In this document: positions 52,101-63,720 of the stretch, piece after piece
Layout of the letters: the number at the start of each line of letters is the position of its first letter
Numbering within the stretch: position 1 is the first letter of the stretch
Source: Amoeboaphelidium protococcarum X5
Taxonomy: Eukaryota > Fungi > Aphelidiomycota
NCBI GenBank assembly: GCA_023515725.1
Contig: JALDTO010000009.1
Location: 1 to 64,000 of the forward strand
Direction of reading: 5' to 3'
DNA: 64,000 nt
Program-made: the position numbers and the translations under genes
Notes under the pieces: model-generated
Seen by the model: the letters and a program-made list of their open reading frames with translations, nothing else
The model's database searches: none
What the model was told of the DNA's origin: nothing

Positions 52101-53033
52101 GATTTCAAAAGCTGGAGTAGTTCTTTATGTGAGAATCAGCGCACAATAACTAAATCATTGGGAACATGTACGCGTTAATTCTCTAGTGTATTTATGCGCG
52201 CATAATAATTAATTACAAAGTTCCTTTCCATCTGGATACCAGCATAGCTTAAAAGATAACGAATGTCCCTTCCACGACGTACGGTGGTTTCTCTCAACAT
52301 TCCCAATCAATTCAGGAATATAACCCACAGTCTCTGGTAAACGAATCCCTTAATACAGACAGAATTTGATTTCACCTGATCCAATGTTGCGCGGTCCAAC
52401 CTTGAGAGAAAACCGGTTTTTGCTGCATCAACTATTACAATAGCTCCTACTGAGTTCGTTGATGGTTCAAGTAAAGTCTATTTGATGTTGTTCCTGGAGG
52501 TATATGACGATTTATAGCGGCCGGTTGAATTCACCAGCTCTTACGTTAGAAAGCGGTCGATCAATTCCTTGTTCACAAAGATTCTATGATCATCCCCTCT
52601 TAGCTCACGCAACGTTCTTCGATAACGTTTCAACAAAACAAGCATATAGATATCAGCGGGATAATAGGGGTCATTATTCTCATAATCTTCGTATATTCCA
52701 AGATTAGAGTCTCCATAAAATACCCACGATGATGTAGTTCATTTAATATACGCGTAACGTGCTTGCTTGCATGCCCTCATATGAGCGAAATATCAGCGCT
52801 ATCCAAATCCATCACCAGTAAACAGAGCAGCAATAATTCGTGCGGTTCTTTATCACGTAATTGTAGTTCATTATACGATCCGGATAACTAAGTCGATGAA
52901 CGCAGAGGGAGAATCTCGCTAAAGCAAAGACCACGCTCAGCGAAAGACCGCGCTCAGTTTCTTCTCTCTTTCGGTGATCTAACAAGAAGAGACATTTGAG
53001 ACGCCTATTATATAACATCAAAGTGGTGCTTTT

Positions 53034-53687
53034 ATGATGTTTAAACTTACTCGACTAATATATAGTGTTATACTTTTTATTGGCATCGCTGTTGCTGCAA
53101 GTGGTGGACTTAATATTAGAGTTGAAGTACCTGACAATTTAGACAAGAGTATTCTATAAGATGCGTACATCAGTTTAAATGGACAAAAAGCAGGAAGTAT
53201 TGCACCAGACGGTCGCGTTCTGATTAAGAAGCAAGTACCAAGTGGCATTTATACTTTGAGAGTTGAATCTATCCGCTTACGGTTCCCAATGCTAAAAGCA
53301 GTTGTTGGAGATGATGGTGGCGCGATCAATTATTACGCACTGAATCCCAGTGTGTACTATCAAGTTCCACAAGGCTATGACATTCCAGCATTGACTACGC
53401 CTATAGTCTTGAAGCCAATTGGACCACCTGTCGATTATGTTCTGCCGCGTCAATCTTTCAATGTATTATCTATACTGAGTAATCCGATGGTTATAATGTT
53501 GGTCATCAGTGGTGGCCTGATGTTCTTGACCCCCAAACTGATGGAGAATATGGATCAAGAGTAGGTGAAAGAGGTGAGAGAGTCCCAGTCAGCCATGCAA
53601 GGACTTCTCAGTGGTCAGACCGGGCTGGGCGATTTCATGGCTCAGCTGAATAAAGACTATGTGGATTAACAAGATAAACGTAAATGA
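53034..53687 (+). CDS. EMC7: ER membrane protein complex subunit 7 (EMC7)-like
   Basis: Signal peptide, VPSGIYTLRVES, PIVLKP..PVDYVLPRQSFNVLSILSNPMVIML...PKLMENMD. Confidence 0.85.
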
Positions 53688-53793
53688 TTACTTATGAAAT
53701 ATATTCTAAATCTTACTTAAATTTAAAACACGTTAAATGATTTGATAATTTCTATCAAGATTCACAGAGCTAGATGTCTATTCCGAACCTTGA

Positions 53794-54837
53794 TCAATTC
53801 AGCTTGTTGAGGATTTTAGTCATAATTGCGTCAAACTGCTTGGACCATGCACTATCAGGATACTCATCAGACATGCAGCCACCGCGTTCTGATAGTTAAA
53901 CTACTCGAGGATCTAATGGAATGGAGCCAAGGAACGATATATCCATTTCTTGGCACAACTACTCCACAGTATTCCTTCTACCTCTCTTACTATTATTATT
54001 ACCTCGCGGAAGTACATCGCTTCCACCACCGCAGGATGGACACACAAATCCAGCCATATTCTCCACCACTCCGATAATCTGAATACCAACTTTACGACAA
54101 AAGTTTATCTCTTTTCTCACATCCTACAAGGACATCTCTTATGGAGTCGTTACTAATACTGCTTGCGCATCGGGCAAGTATTTTGTGACAGACAAATGTT
54201 CATCAGATGTACCAGGAGGCAGATCACATATCAGAAAGTCGAGATCACCCCAGCTGACATCTCTGAGGAAACGCGTTATCATCTCATGTTTACGCGCACC
54301 TCTCCAAATTACAGGTGTATCTTTCTGTGGTAGCATGAGGCCAGTCGAGATCATCTATAGATTACGGTGATTCTATAACACATGTGAAGTCCATCCGCTT
54401 CCACTCTCATGAATCAAGCGATCGGCATCATCCCCATTCTAATCCTTCAGTTGGTCATTTTATTTAACATCTTCTGTTTATTACTCGCTTCCAAATTGTT
54501 CATTTTCAAGACCAACCATTCGCGGTATCGATGGACCAGTGAGATCAAAGTCGACCAGAGCAATTTCCACGTCCAAATCTCCAGCGAGATACAATGCAAT
54601 CTATGTACTTACAGTGCTCTTACCTACACCACCTTTACCGCTCAGTACTAACAGCTTATGATTAATCTACTGCATCCTTTCCCGTATCAGTGGCAGCGAT
54701 GGGTCCTCTTTAGGCACTTTTGGCAATGTAGCGCAAATCTACTGATTGGGACAGCCAGCGCAAGCATCTTGCTTCCCCGCCTGCTCCGATTATGGTCCAG
54801 GACAATGTTCATTCGCGTCCTTTGGCTATTCACTCAT
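53794..54837 (-). CDS. NBP35: Cytosolic Fe-S assembly P-loop NTPase Nbp35/NUBP1
   Basis: [25 protein letters not shown]-terminal cluster motif, [38 protein letters not shown] (Q=TAA). Confidence 0.94.
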
Positions 54838-55041
54838 ATCGTCTTATATTTTTTGTTTATCAAGCTAGAATCAAAATGACAAATTCTAAAATAGGAGGTA
54901 ATCTAGCTGATGATGATATTGTAATTTGTATGGTTTTTCTGCGGCGAAAGCAGAGAAGAGCTTTCAACGACTTGGTTGTTTCCTGTAGATTATTGACGTG
55001 ATCGTGTAATAGAATCATATTTTTGCTTACTATATAAAAGC

Positions 55042-55640
55042 ATGTCTGCATAGGCTCCTCCTAGATTGCATAAAAGAATCATGCAAGAGGCGTAATACTT
55101 TACTGGTAATTTACCTGACGGAATGTATGGTGGTCCAGTAGATGATGACATTTCCAAATGGTCAGTTGGGTTTCAAGGTCCAGTAAGATTTTGATATATG
55201 AACATCAAGTTATCATATATTAATTATTGACGCATTGTAATGCTTGTAGAGCAATTCGCCGTATGCAAAAGGCTTCTTTGCTTTAGATATCGTATTTCCC
55301 GGTGATTATCCATTCAAACCACCACAGATAAAGTTTAGTCAGAAGGTTTATCATCCCAACATTGATGATGATGGTAACATCTGCTTGACACTACTCAAGA
55401 CTGATAGCTGGAAACCATCTCTGCGCGTTCTAGAAGGTAAAATTAAATCAGTTTATTATTTCAGCGATTAGACCATTCTGTCTTCAGTGTGTAGTACTTA
55501 AAGAGATATAATTGCTGATGGAGTAGCCTAATCCAGATGATCCTCTAAATAACATTGCGGCTTCTCAATACCGTGAGAATCGTCAAGAATTTGAAAAGAC
55601 AGCACGGGAATGGACTTCCAAGTATGCATTAAAGAAATGA
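55042..55640 (+). CDS. Ubiquitin-conjugating enzyme E2 (UBE2D/UBE2L3-like)
   Basis: GP|SNSPYAKG, FPGDYPFKPP, YHPNIDDDGNICL, PNPDDPL, AREWTSKYA; two introns. Confidence 0.93.
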
Positions 55641-55724
55641 ATTAAATGGAAGTGTAATGACATTTCTCACCGAAGTTATTGCCACGTATCATTTTTATTA
55701 TAATTTCATTGATTTCAAAATTGA

Positions 55725-56438
55725 TCAATACCACTACCTGATCTCTCCTACTTACGTTGACAGAACTGATCCGTGTTGCATGACGAACTATTAAAAGTTC
55801 TAACTCATTGGTCCCGACAGGACGCCACCATCTTGGCATTCTACATCAGCCGGAGGTTGGAATGCACTTTCATCAAGTTGCTCCTCAGAATAGTAATCCA
55901 CATATTACTTGGTTTCGATCCAATCTCCGGTAATCAGCATTTGCTCCTCTAATGCACCGACACGAGCACCAGTTGCAACATCAACATATAGCCACTTCTT
56001 ATAGTCAGTACCATCGCGATTGTTAAGCGCACTAGCGTACTCTTTGACTTTCTTATCAGCAAACTCAGTAAGACGCGTAAATTGGTATTCAGGTTTCTTG
56101 AACGCGTCACGTGGAATCCCCTAATAGACAACACATTCATATGGGCTATCAGTAGTTCTGTAATAGATGGAAGTTTGTCCATTCTTAACAATGACCGTGC
56201 GCCTCATATTAGCGAAAGCCAAGCTCGACTTCAGCTTCAAATTCTTGTAATCATACACTTCTTCCACAGGATATGTGCCAAAGAAAAAGCTCTTGGAGGT
56301 GGACTTGACATGATACTGATCAGGAATTTGCAGGGCGCATTCAGATACTGATTAGCCTGACACGGGTGCGAAACTTTGATTTGGCAATGCAAATATTGCA
56401 CCAATGTGAATTACTGCTAAAGAAATAAAGGTTTTCAT
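55725..56438 (-). CDS. Secreted 237-aa protein, ependymin-related/LolA-like fold candidate
   Basis: ATG-to-TGA frame; signal peptide MKTFISLAVIHIGAIFA; ECALQIPDQY, EVYDYKNLK, mid Cys, WLYVD, LDESAFQPPADVEC. The CDS is likely; the family is inferred. Confidence 0.6.
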
Positions 56439-56456
56439 GGTGTGGACAATAATTTT

Positions 56457-56496
56457 GGGGAAAAGTTATAAATTGTGGGGAAAAGATATAAATTGT
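56457..56496. repeat. 20-bp tandem duplication just upstream of the secreted-protein gene
   Basis: GGGGAAAAGTTATAAATTGT / GGGGAAAAGATATAAATTGT (1 mismatch). Confidence 0.8.
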
Positions 56497-56738
56497 GGCT
56501 GATTTGTAAGCAAGATGCGTATTCCATTATATAATCTCAAGGGGCACATTAACTCTCACAATTGATTACGGTCCGTCAAAACTAAGCCACAGTTGATGAA
56601 ATGTGCTGGAAAGCTCATCTTTACGACCGTCATACATTGAATTGCGCATTTGTATTTATATTATTATATACCTCGCGGAAATAGAAATGATTGAGCATTT
56701 TCATGATGATCTATTGAATAGTCTATTCGTGACAAACA

Positions 56739-57669
56739 TCATTATAACTTATCGACGCGTAGTCGTCTTCTTTTCTTTTACTTATATAAAGCCAGCACAT
56801 ACTCATCAGTAATTGAAAACTCATTTATAATGTTCAACCATGGTGCCGCCAAAACTATTTGATCCAGTGCTTCACTATTAATTTCTGTTGAATCTTCCGT
56901 GACTAATGACGGATCTATATAAAACCGCTCCAAATTGTACAACTCATGACAGAGAAATAATATCTTTTGTAAATTCTACGAGTTATTGATAATTTTCAAC
57001 CATCTTAGCTCATTGAACTGATGCAAACATTCGATTTGAAGATTTTCGTTCCCTGAAACATTTAAACATTGCAAATCTGGCATCTTCTTACAGCTCTGCG
57101 CATCAAATGACTCCAACATATTACCAGAGATATTTAAAGTTGTCAGACGCGGAAGTATTGTAGTTAGTTCAAGATACTATACAGAATTATCAGATAGATT
57201 GACATACTCTATGCTAAGAGGAAGTTCAGGCATTTTTGTTAAACGATTGCCTGAAAGTTTTATGCTCGTCAGCTCTCGCATATTGATCAACGATGGAACG
57301 CCTACAAAATGATTCGATATTAGAATCCCAAATAACGATATAAGACTTACATGTTAGTACATTGTTTGATAAATCCAATTGTGCAAGAGTTTTCAATGAG
57401 GTGAGCCATATGATATTACTCAAATTTTAGTTCTACAATGCAATGGTAGTAATTTTGGCATTTATATTGATCAATTGACGGTGAAAACTTACCTGTAAAA
57501 CGAGCTGAGTCATCACTGGAGATCCGCGAATTGGACACATACTCAGATTGTAGTAGTTTTATCCACACTCATTTCTACTGATAATCTCCATTATTTCTAT
57601 AGTATTTATATCAAGACGTTTGACAATTGTTGCAAGTGAGAAGGACCATTTTAAATATGAAACTTTCAT
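56739..57669 (-). CDS. Leucine-rich repeat protein (ends uncertain)
   Basis: LKTLAQLDLSNNVLT, LTSIKLSGNRLT, IEYVNLSDNSV, LTTLNISGNML, LQCLNVSGN; two GT..TGTAG introns. Confidence 0.7.
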
Positions 57670-58297
57670 TGTTTGATCAGTATTTCATTCAATCAGCAGC
57701 AGTACCAAGTTTGTTTTAAAACTAGGCATGCATTCACTTAAAAATTTGATAAATTCTTTATAATGCTAATAAAGCACATTGACATCGTTGAGAAATGGAC
57801 ATTCAAGCTATTTATCAAATCCGTGCATATGCTGGTTAGATTGTAAATTGTGATGAGACGCCCCGTAGACAAACAAATTTCCATGAGACATTTTAACATC
57901 ACTCGTACTAGATTTTTCGTGTAAAGAAGTGCCAAAGAGGTCATCCAATCTTCGATCAGAATTGATATACTCAACGCATCAAAAATAAACATGGACATTA
58001 TACTGTATGTTGGACTATGGAAAGAAAATACAACGCGTCTTGAGCTCAAGTATTAAAATTCTCCAATTAATTAACAATTGAGCCAAGGTGGATAATCTAA
58101 AGCCGTTAGCAACAAATTAGCAAAGCTTTGTGAAACGACAATGTTAACGCGTTTTCCTTCCACTGCAGAACAAGAGCAAAAGACTTTTAGAAGCTATCAT
58201 GGCACCCAAGAAACTTTAAGGGAGGGAACAAATGACAATGGAAGACAGTGAGCCATTAATTAATTAGCCAGCTTAGAGAACTGATGATTTAAATGTA

Positions 58298-61120
58298 ATG
58301 ACCAACTAGTAAAAGCCTATTATAAGATGGGAGTTATCAAGATTGCTGTTCGTAGTGGCGGCCGTTGGGTTTCTGCTCGCGCTTTCCTGTTTTGAACTGC
58401 AGAGGAGCAGCGACGGCCACTTTCATTCTCAACACACGTTAAACAACAACAATAACGATATGCCATCCATCATGTACACTGATGTTGACTTTCTGGACAG
58501 AGATGTATTGCCTACGAATGTTAAGCCTACTCATTATGACTTGCATGTGTGGCCCAACTTGGAGACTTTCAAGTTCAATGGTCAAGTCACTATTGATCTT
58601 GAAGTGAAGCAGGATTCTAGTGAGATTGTGCTGAATGCCGTGGAGATTGAGGTTGAAGAGGCGTACCTGCTGGTAGATGGTTCTTCCAAGATTAGTGTTA
58701 CCAAGGTGTAGAAGATTGAGAAGGAAGAGATTGTCAGATTCTAGTTGGAGAAGTCTATCACGTCTGGTCAGAAAGTGAAACTGTTTGTGAAATATATTGG
58801 CTTGCACAATGACAAGATGGCAGGCTTCTACAGATCTCAGTATGAGGATGCTGTTAGTGGTAAGAAGAAGCACCTGGTTGTCACTCAGTTTGAGCCTACT
58901 GATGCACGTAAAGCTCTTCCATGTTGGGATGAGCCGTCTCTGAAGGCCACATTTGACGTTACGATCACCTGTGATGAGAAGTACACTGCTCTGAGTAACA
59001 TGAATGATATCAGTACTAAGCAGGTTGGAAATGGGTAGAAGGAGGTGAAGTTCGCCACTTCTCCTATCATGTCTACTTATCTGCTTGCCATGGTTGTCGG
59101 TGAGTTGGACTATATTGAGTCTCATACCGCGGATGAATAGAAGACTCTGGTGCGTGTATTCACCACAAAAGGCCTGTCTGAGGAAGGTAGATTTGCATTG
59201 GATACTTGTGTTAAGGTTTTACAGTTCTTTGCCAAGTACTTTAAGATTGCTTATCCATTGCCAAAGATGGATCTCGTTGCAATTCCTGATTTCAGTGCTG
59301 GTGCTATGGAGAATTTCGGTCTGGTCACTTATAGAACTGTGTACTTGCTGTTCAATGAGAAGTCTAGTGCTGCAAGAGCCAAGCAGAATATTGCGTATGT
59401 TGTTAGTCATGAATTGGCTCATCAATGGTTTGGTAATCTAGTCACTTTTGAGTGGTGGTCTGACCTGTGGCTGAATGAAGGATTTGCTACTTGGGCTGGC
59501 TGGTTGGCCACTGATCATGTATTCCCTGACTGGAAGGTGTGGACTCAGTTTGTGAATGATGACTTTCAACGTGGTTTGAACCTGGACAGTCTCAAGTCTA
59601 GTCACCCTATCGAAGTCCCGGTGAAGAATCCTGCTGAGATTCATCAGATCTTTGACGCCATCAGTTATAGTAAAGGAGCCAGTGTTATCCGCATGTTGGC
59701 AAATTATCTGGGTGAGAAGGATTTCCAGACTGGAGTTTGCAATTACCTGCAGCAGTTCAAGTATAGAAATGCATAGACTAAAGATTTGTGGGCTGCATTG
59801 GAGGCTGCCAGTGGTAAACCCGTTGGAAAGTTGATGACTTCGTGGACTCGCCAAGTGGGCTATCCAGTTGTCAACGTTGAGGAGGTTGGCGGTGATTCTT
59901 CTAAATTGACCTTGCAGCTTAAGCAGTAGCGTTTTCTTGCCAGCGGTGAAGTTGAGAAGGATAGCCTGTGGTTCATTCCAGTTCAGGTTGTTTCCTCTGC
60001 AAATGAAGCTCAGCCTTCCTCTGACATTCTGGATACGAAGGAAGGTCGAATCACATTGCCAACTACCAGTGCTCAATAGAGTGCTGCCGGATTCTTTTAC
60101 AAGCTGAACTTTGAGTAGACTGGATTCTATCGCACCAACTACGAGACTAAAGCTTTGAGCAACATTGGTGCCGCCATTAAGAATGGTAAATTGAGCAAAA
60201 GTGATCGTGTTGGTATTCTTGCTGATGCATTTGCACTTGCAGAGTCCGGACACACCTCTGTGGTGAATGGATTGAAGCTGCTGGAGAATTTTAAGAGCGA
60301 GGATAACTACGTTGTGTGGAATGAGATCGCGGCCGAGTTGGGCAAGGTTCGCTCAATCTGGTGGTCTGAGCCTAAAGTTGTCACAGATAAGTTGAAGCAA
60401 CTGTCTCGTAACATGTTTGGTCCTGTGGCAAAGTCTCTAGGCTGGGAGTATGCAGAGAAGGAGAATCATTTGAAGGCTATGCTTCGTACTCTGGTCATTG
60501 GTGTCGCTGGTAAATCTGATGATGCTGATATTATTGCAGAGTGCAGAAAGAGATTTGATCTGTTCATTGGCGGCAATTAAGAGTCCATCCACCCTAATCT
60601 GCGCGGTGCTGTGTTTGCTGTCGTCCTGCGCAATGGTGGATTGAAGGAGTATGAGGCGGTGCTAAAGATTTATCAAGAGACTAAAGTTGCTGACCAGAAG
60701 CTGGTCGCTCTTGGTGCTCTTGGATCTGCTCAAGATGAGAGCTTACTGCTGCGTACTCTTGACTTTGGCCTGACTGATTAGGTTCGTCCTCAGGATATCA
60801 TATACGTCGTGTCTCCTGTTGCTTCCAACACTCAAGGTCGCAGATTGGCTTGGAAATGGGTCAAGGATAACTGGCAGGTGTTGTATAATCGTTACTACTC
60901 TGGATCCATGTCTTTGTTGAGCCGCATTGTGTCCTCTTCCACGGAGGATTTCGCTAGTGCAGACATGTATGCCGATGTGGAACAGTTCTTCAATGGCAAG
61001 GAGGTGAAGGCTATCAGTCGTGCTATCCAACAGAGTTTGGAGAAGATTGATACTCATGCCAAGTATTTACAGCGTGATCGTGCAGCAGTTGAGTCTTGGG
61101 CTTCTCAGTACACCAACTGA
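58298..61120 (+). CDS. APE2: M1 family puromycin-sensitive/Ape2-like aminopeptidase with N-terminal hydrophobic extension
   Basis: [59 protein letters not shown]1-like C-terminal domain; intronless with TAR=Gln. Confidence 0.95.
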
Positions 61121-61247
61121 GAAAGAGAGTTAGAAAATTGCTTATTTACTAAGGCTTATCAATCATGAGTATTTATGAAAACTGGCAAGCAGAGTTAATA
61201 AAACTGCGGTAGTATTCAAACATATTTACACTTTTCATTCAAAAGTA

Positions 61248-62840
61248 TCAATTGTCTTAATTCTCTTGATCTTCCTCTACGGTGAGATGCGCCAGCTCCT
61301 AAATCATTCCAAAACTGTTCAACTTGCTGATATTGTCATTAACAGTGACAGCATCACCATGCATAGGCAGAACGCTAACACTGCTCATTGTCTGCTTCGT
61401 TATACTACTCAAATGTATATTAAATGGCGAAGAGACCAGATTTCCAACTTGATCTGAAGACGTGATGGGACTTGATTACTACGGCACTTGACCGCGTCCT
61501 TACGTGTGAACATTTCCGTAATTCTTCAACCACTGAGGAGTCGCCGGCAGTTCAGTCAACACTTTCTAAGCTACCACCTGTCTGGATGCCTTCTCAAACT
61601 CCAATTTCTCCAATTCAAATCTCTCGCGCTCCTTACCAAGCTTGAGAGCAGCCTCTGTAAACTTTACTCTTTCACGTTCAAGCTATTCGCGTTGGGCATT
61701 TAGAGTCTCAACCATCTGCTTCGTCTACTCAGAATCAACATTATCAGCAACTGGATTACTCTACATAGGGGAACGCTTGGTAGCAGACCTCCCAAATTTG
61801 GTCAAGGAAGTGTCCAACAACTAAGCCTGCTCATCTATGAGATGCTTCAATTCTTCAATCTAGGACTGCAAGATTTGAATCTGCTCATTCTTCAACTAAC
61901 CTTCTTACGTGATAACATTCACCTTCTTTTCGTACTCAGTCAGACGAATCTTCAGCTCTTCAAAAGCAACTTCAAACGCCTATTAGATATTATCTTTACT
62001 AACACAGGCTGGTAATTACAAATAACTTTTTACAACTGATTTCAGAATGTCGGATGACTGTTGGTCTTCAATCAAAATAGATTATATCAATTGAAACACC
62101 AACACCAATTACTGTCTGAGATAATTGATCTACTCCAGAAGCTCGCCTTTAGTACTCTCCATACTTTATATGATTTACTATGCCACCTCATTAGCGATTA
62201 CGGACTTATCCTTCTACAACTGCGAACCAAAATGGCGCGTACCAGCATCAAGTCCATCTACAACTTTAACATCAAACTTTTGTGCCTTCATGCCATCAGT
62301 CACAGTCTTCTGATACAAATTCTTCACTTTCAAATACTCAGTCTCCTTCTTCTTCAATTCATGAGCATAAGTTGACTTTACATTCACAAGAGATTACTTG
62401 CATAGGCGTAGTTCATCCTTCAGAGTGGCGACTGATTTCTCCAGTTATTTCGCGCCCGCCTGAGAAATGGCCAATTTTTATCGGAGCTGAAACAGTTCTC
62501 GTTCCGCGTCGTCCAGTCGCCTTTACAGCGCAGCATTCTTCCCCTCAAGGACACTCTGAGACTATTACAGGGCCACCAGGTGTGATTTCTCTGCACTTCT
62601 AGAGGAGTGATAATGTTCACTATTTATTTGTGTCAGTAAGTGGTCCAGAACATTCACCAGCACTGGATCATTTAAAGAATTCTTGTCAATATGAAGAAGT
62701 TCTTGGTCATTGCTATTAATTAAAAATTGGTTCACAGCATCTACCACTTTCGATTGGGAAGTATCAACCCTTTACTAGTCATCTTTTGTTGGAGTACTCA
62801 CCAAAGCTCCTTTTCCATTTTAAGAACTTGCACCACTCAT
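61248..62840 (-). CDS. Coiled-coil protein, ADIP/SSX2IP/Msd1-like
   Basis: 530-aa open frame; VNVLDHLL...LKDELRLCKQSLVNVKSTYAHELKKKETEYLKVK resembles the afadin/alpha-actinin-binding family pattern. Confidence 0.55.
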
Positions 62841-63399
62841 TGTAATTGATATTTCAACAAATTCAAAAGGTGAAAAGCTTTAATAATATGAACAATGGCA
62901 AAGACAGTTGGATGAATGACTTCGCCACTAGTGCGCAGAAAGAACAACTGAAACGCGTCCACCATGTCTTTGTGAAACGATAGCTGTAGCTGTAGCTTGC
63001 ATTTTACTGTTCAAACCACTATAAGGTACAGTAACACGATTCTTTAGCTCACCGTCGCATACAAGAGAATGCTCTATTAATTAATATATGTTCACTTTAT
63101 TGAATAGAGTGCATTAGTGTAAATATATAAAATACTACAACGATAAAACTTTTCATGGATGTGCTGTAAACACTTGGCAGCGCTATTCAACAAGCTCTTT
63201 CTCGAAGTAAACGCAATGATGACCATATAACGCATCATTCATATAGGGAAATCACTTTAAAGTAAATTTCAGTAAATACAACAAATCAGCGGCAAAGGTC
63301 ATTAACACCATTTAGCAATCTTCACGCGATGCGCTTACAATTGCAATTCGACAATTCCACAACTCCATATCCCAGATGCACTACGGCTATCATTTCTAC

Positions 63400-63720
63400 T
63401 AGATTACAACGCTTGCCGAGACAGTATTGTTGGGGTAACTAAATGGACCACAAAAATCCATGGTAATCTTTGACCGGTGCTCCAGACTTAAACCATTATT
63501 GTAAAAAACATTTCTACAACAGCACGGTGATTTCTTTCAATTTTACAACACCTAGAGGAAGGAAACCATTTTCAAGAGAGTAAATTATCCAGCAAGGCGA
63601 ATGCTCTTAATCTTCATCCTAGTACAACTTTGACATTCATTGCAGTGCTTAGTTATGTCCTTGATTAGATCTTTCCAGATTGTATTGAGCGGATAATGTC
63701 CGGTAGAGCAACTTTTATCT
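63400..63720 (-). mobile_element. Degenerate Ty3/gypsy integrase fragment
   Basis: GHYPLNTIWKDLIKDITKHCNECQSCTRMK...AG (zinc-binding HHCC part), then after a frameshift ITMDFCGPF (start of the rve core). Confidence 0.7.

Noticed and set aside
59438-60253. Long antisense ORFs (also 1048-1734, 4280-5044, 58439-59125, 12987-13574)
   Set aside because: They lie opposite well-supported genes and have no recognisable motifs.
815-62840. Mass pseudogenisation or sequencing errors as the cause of fragmented ORFs
   Set aside because: The interruptions are only TAA/TAG, never frameshifts or TGA, sit on conserved Gln positions, and affect essential genes (RPS10, ALG1, NBP35).
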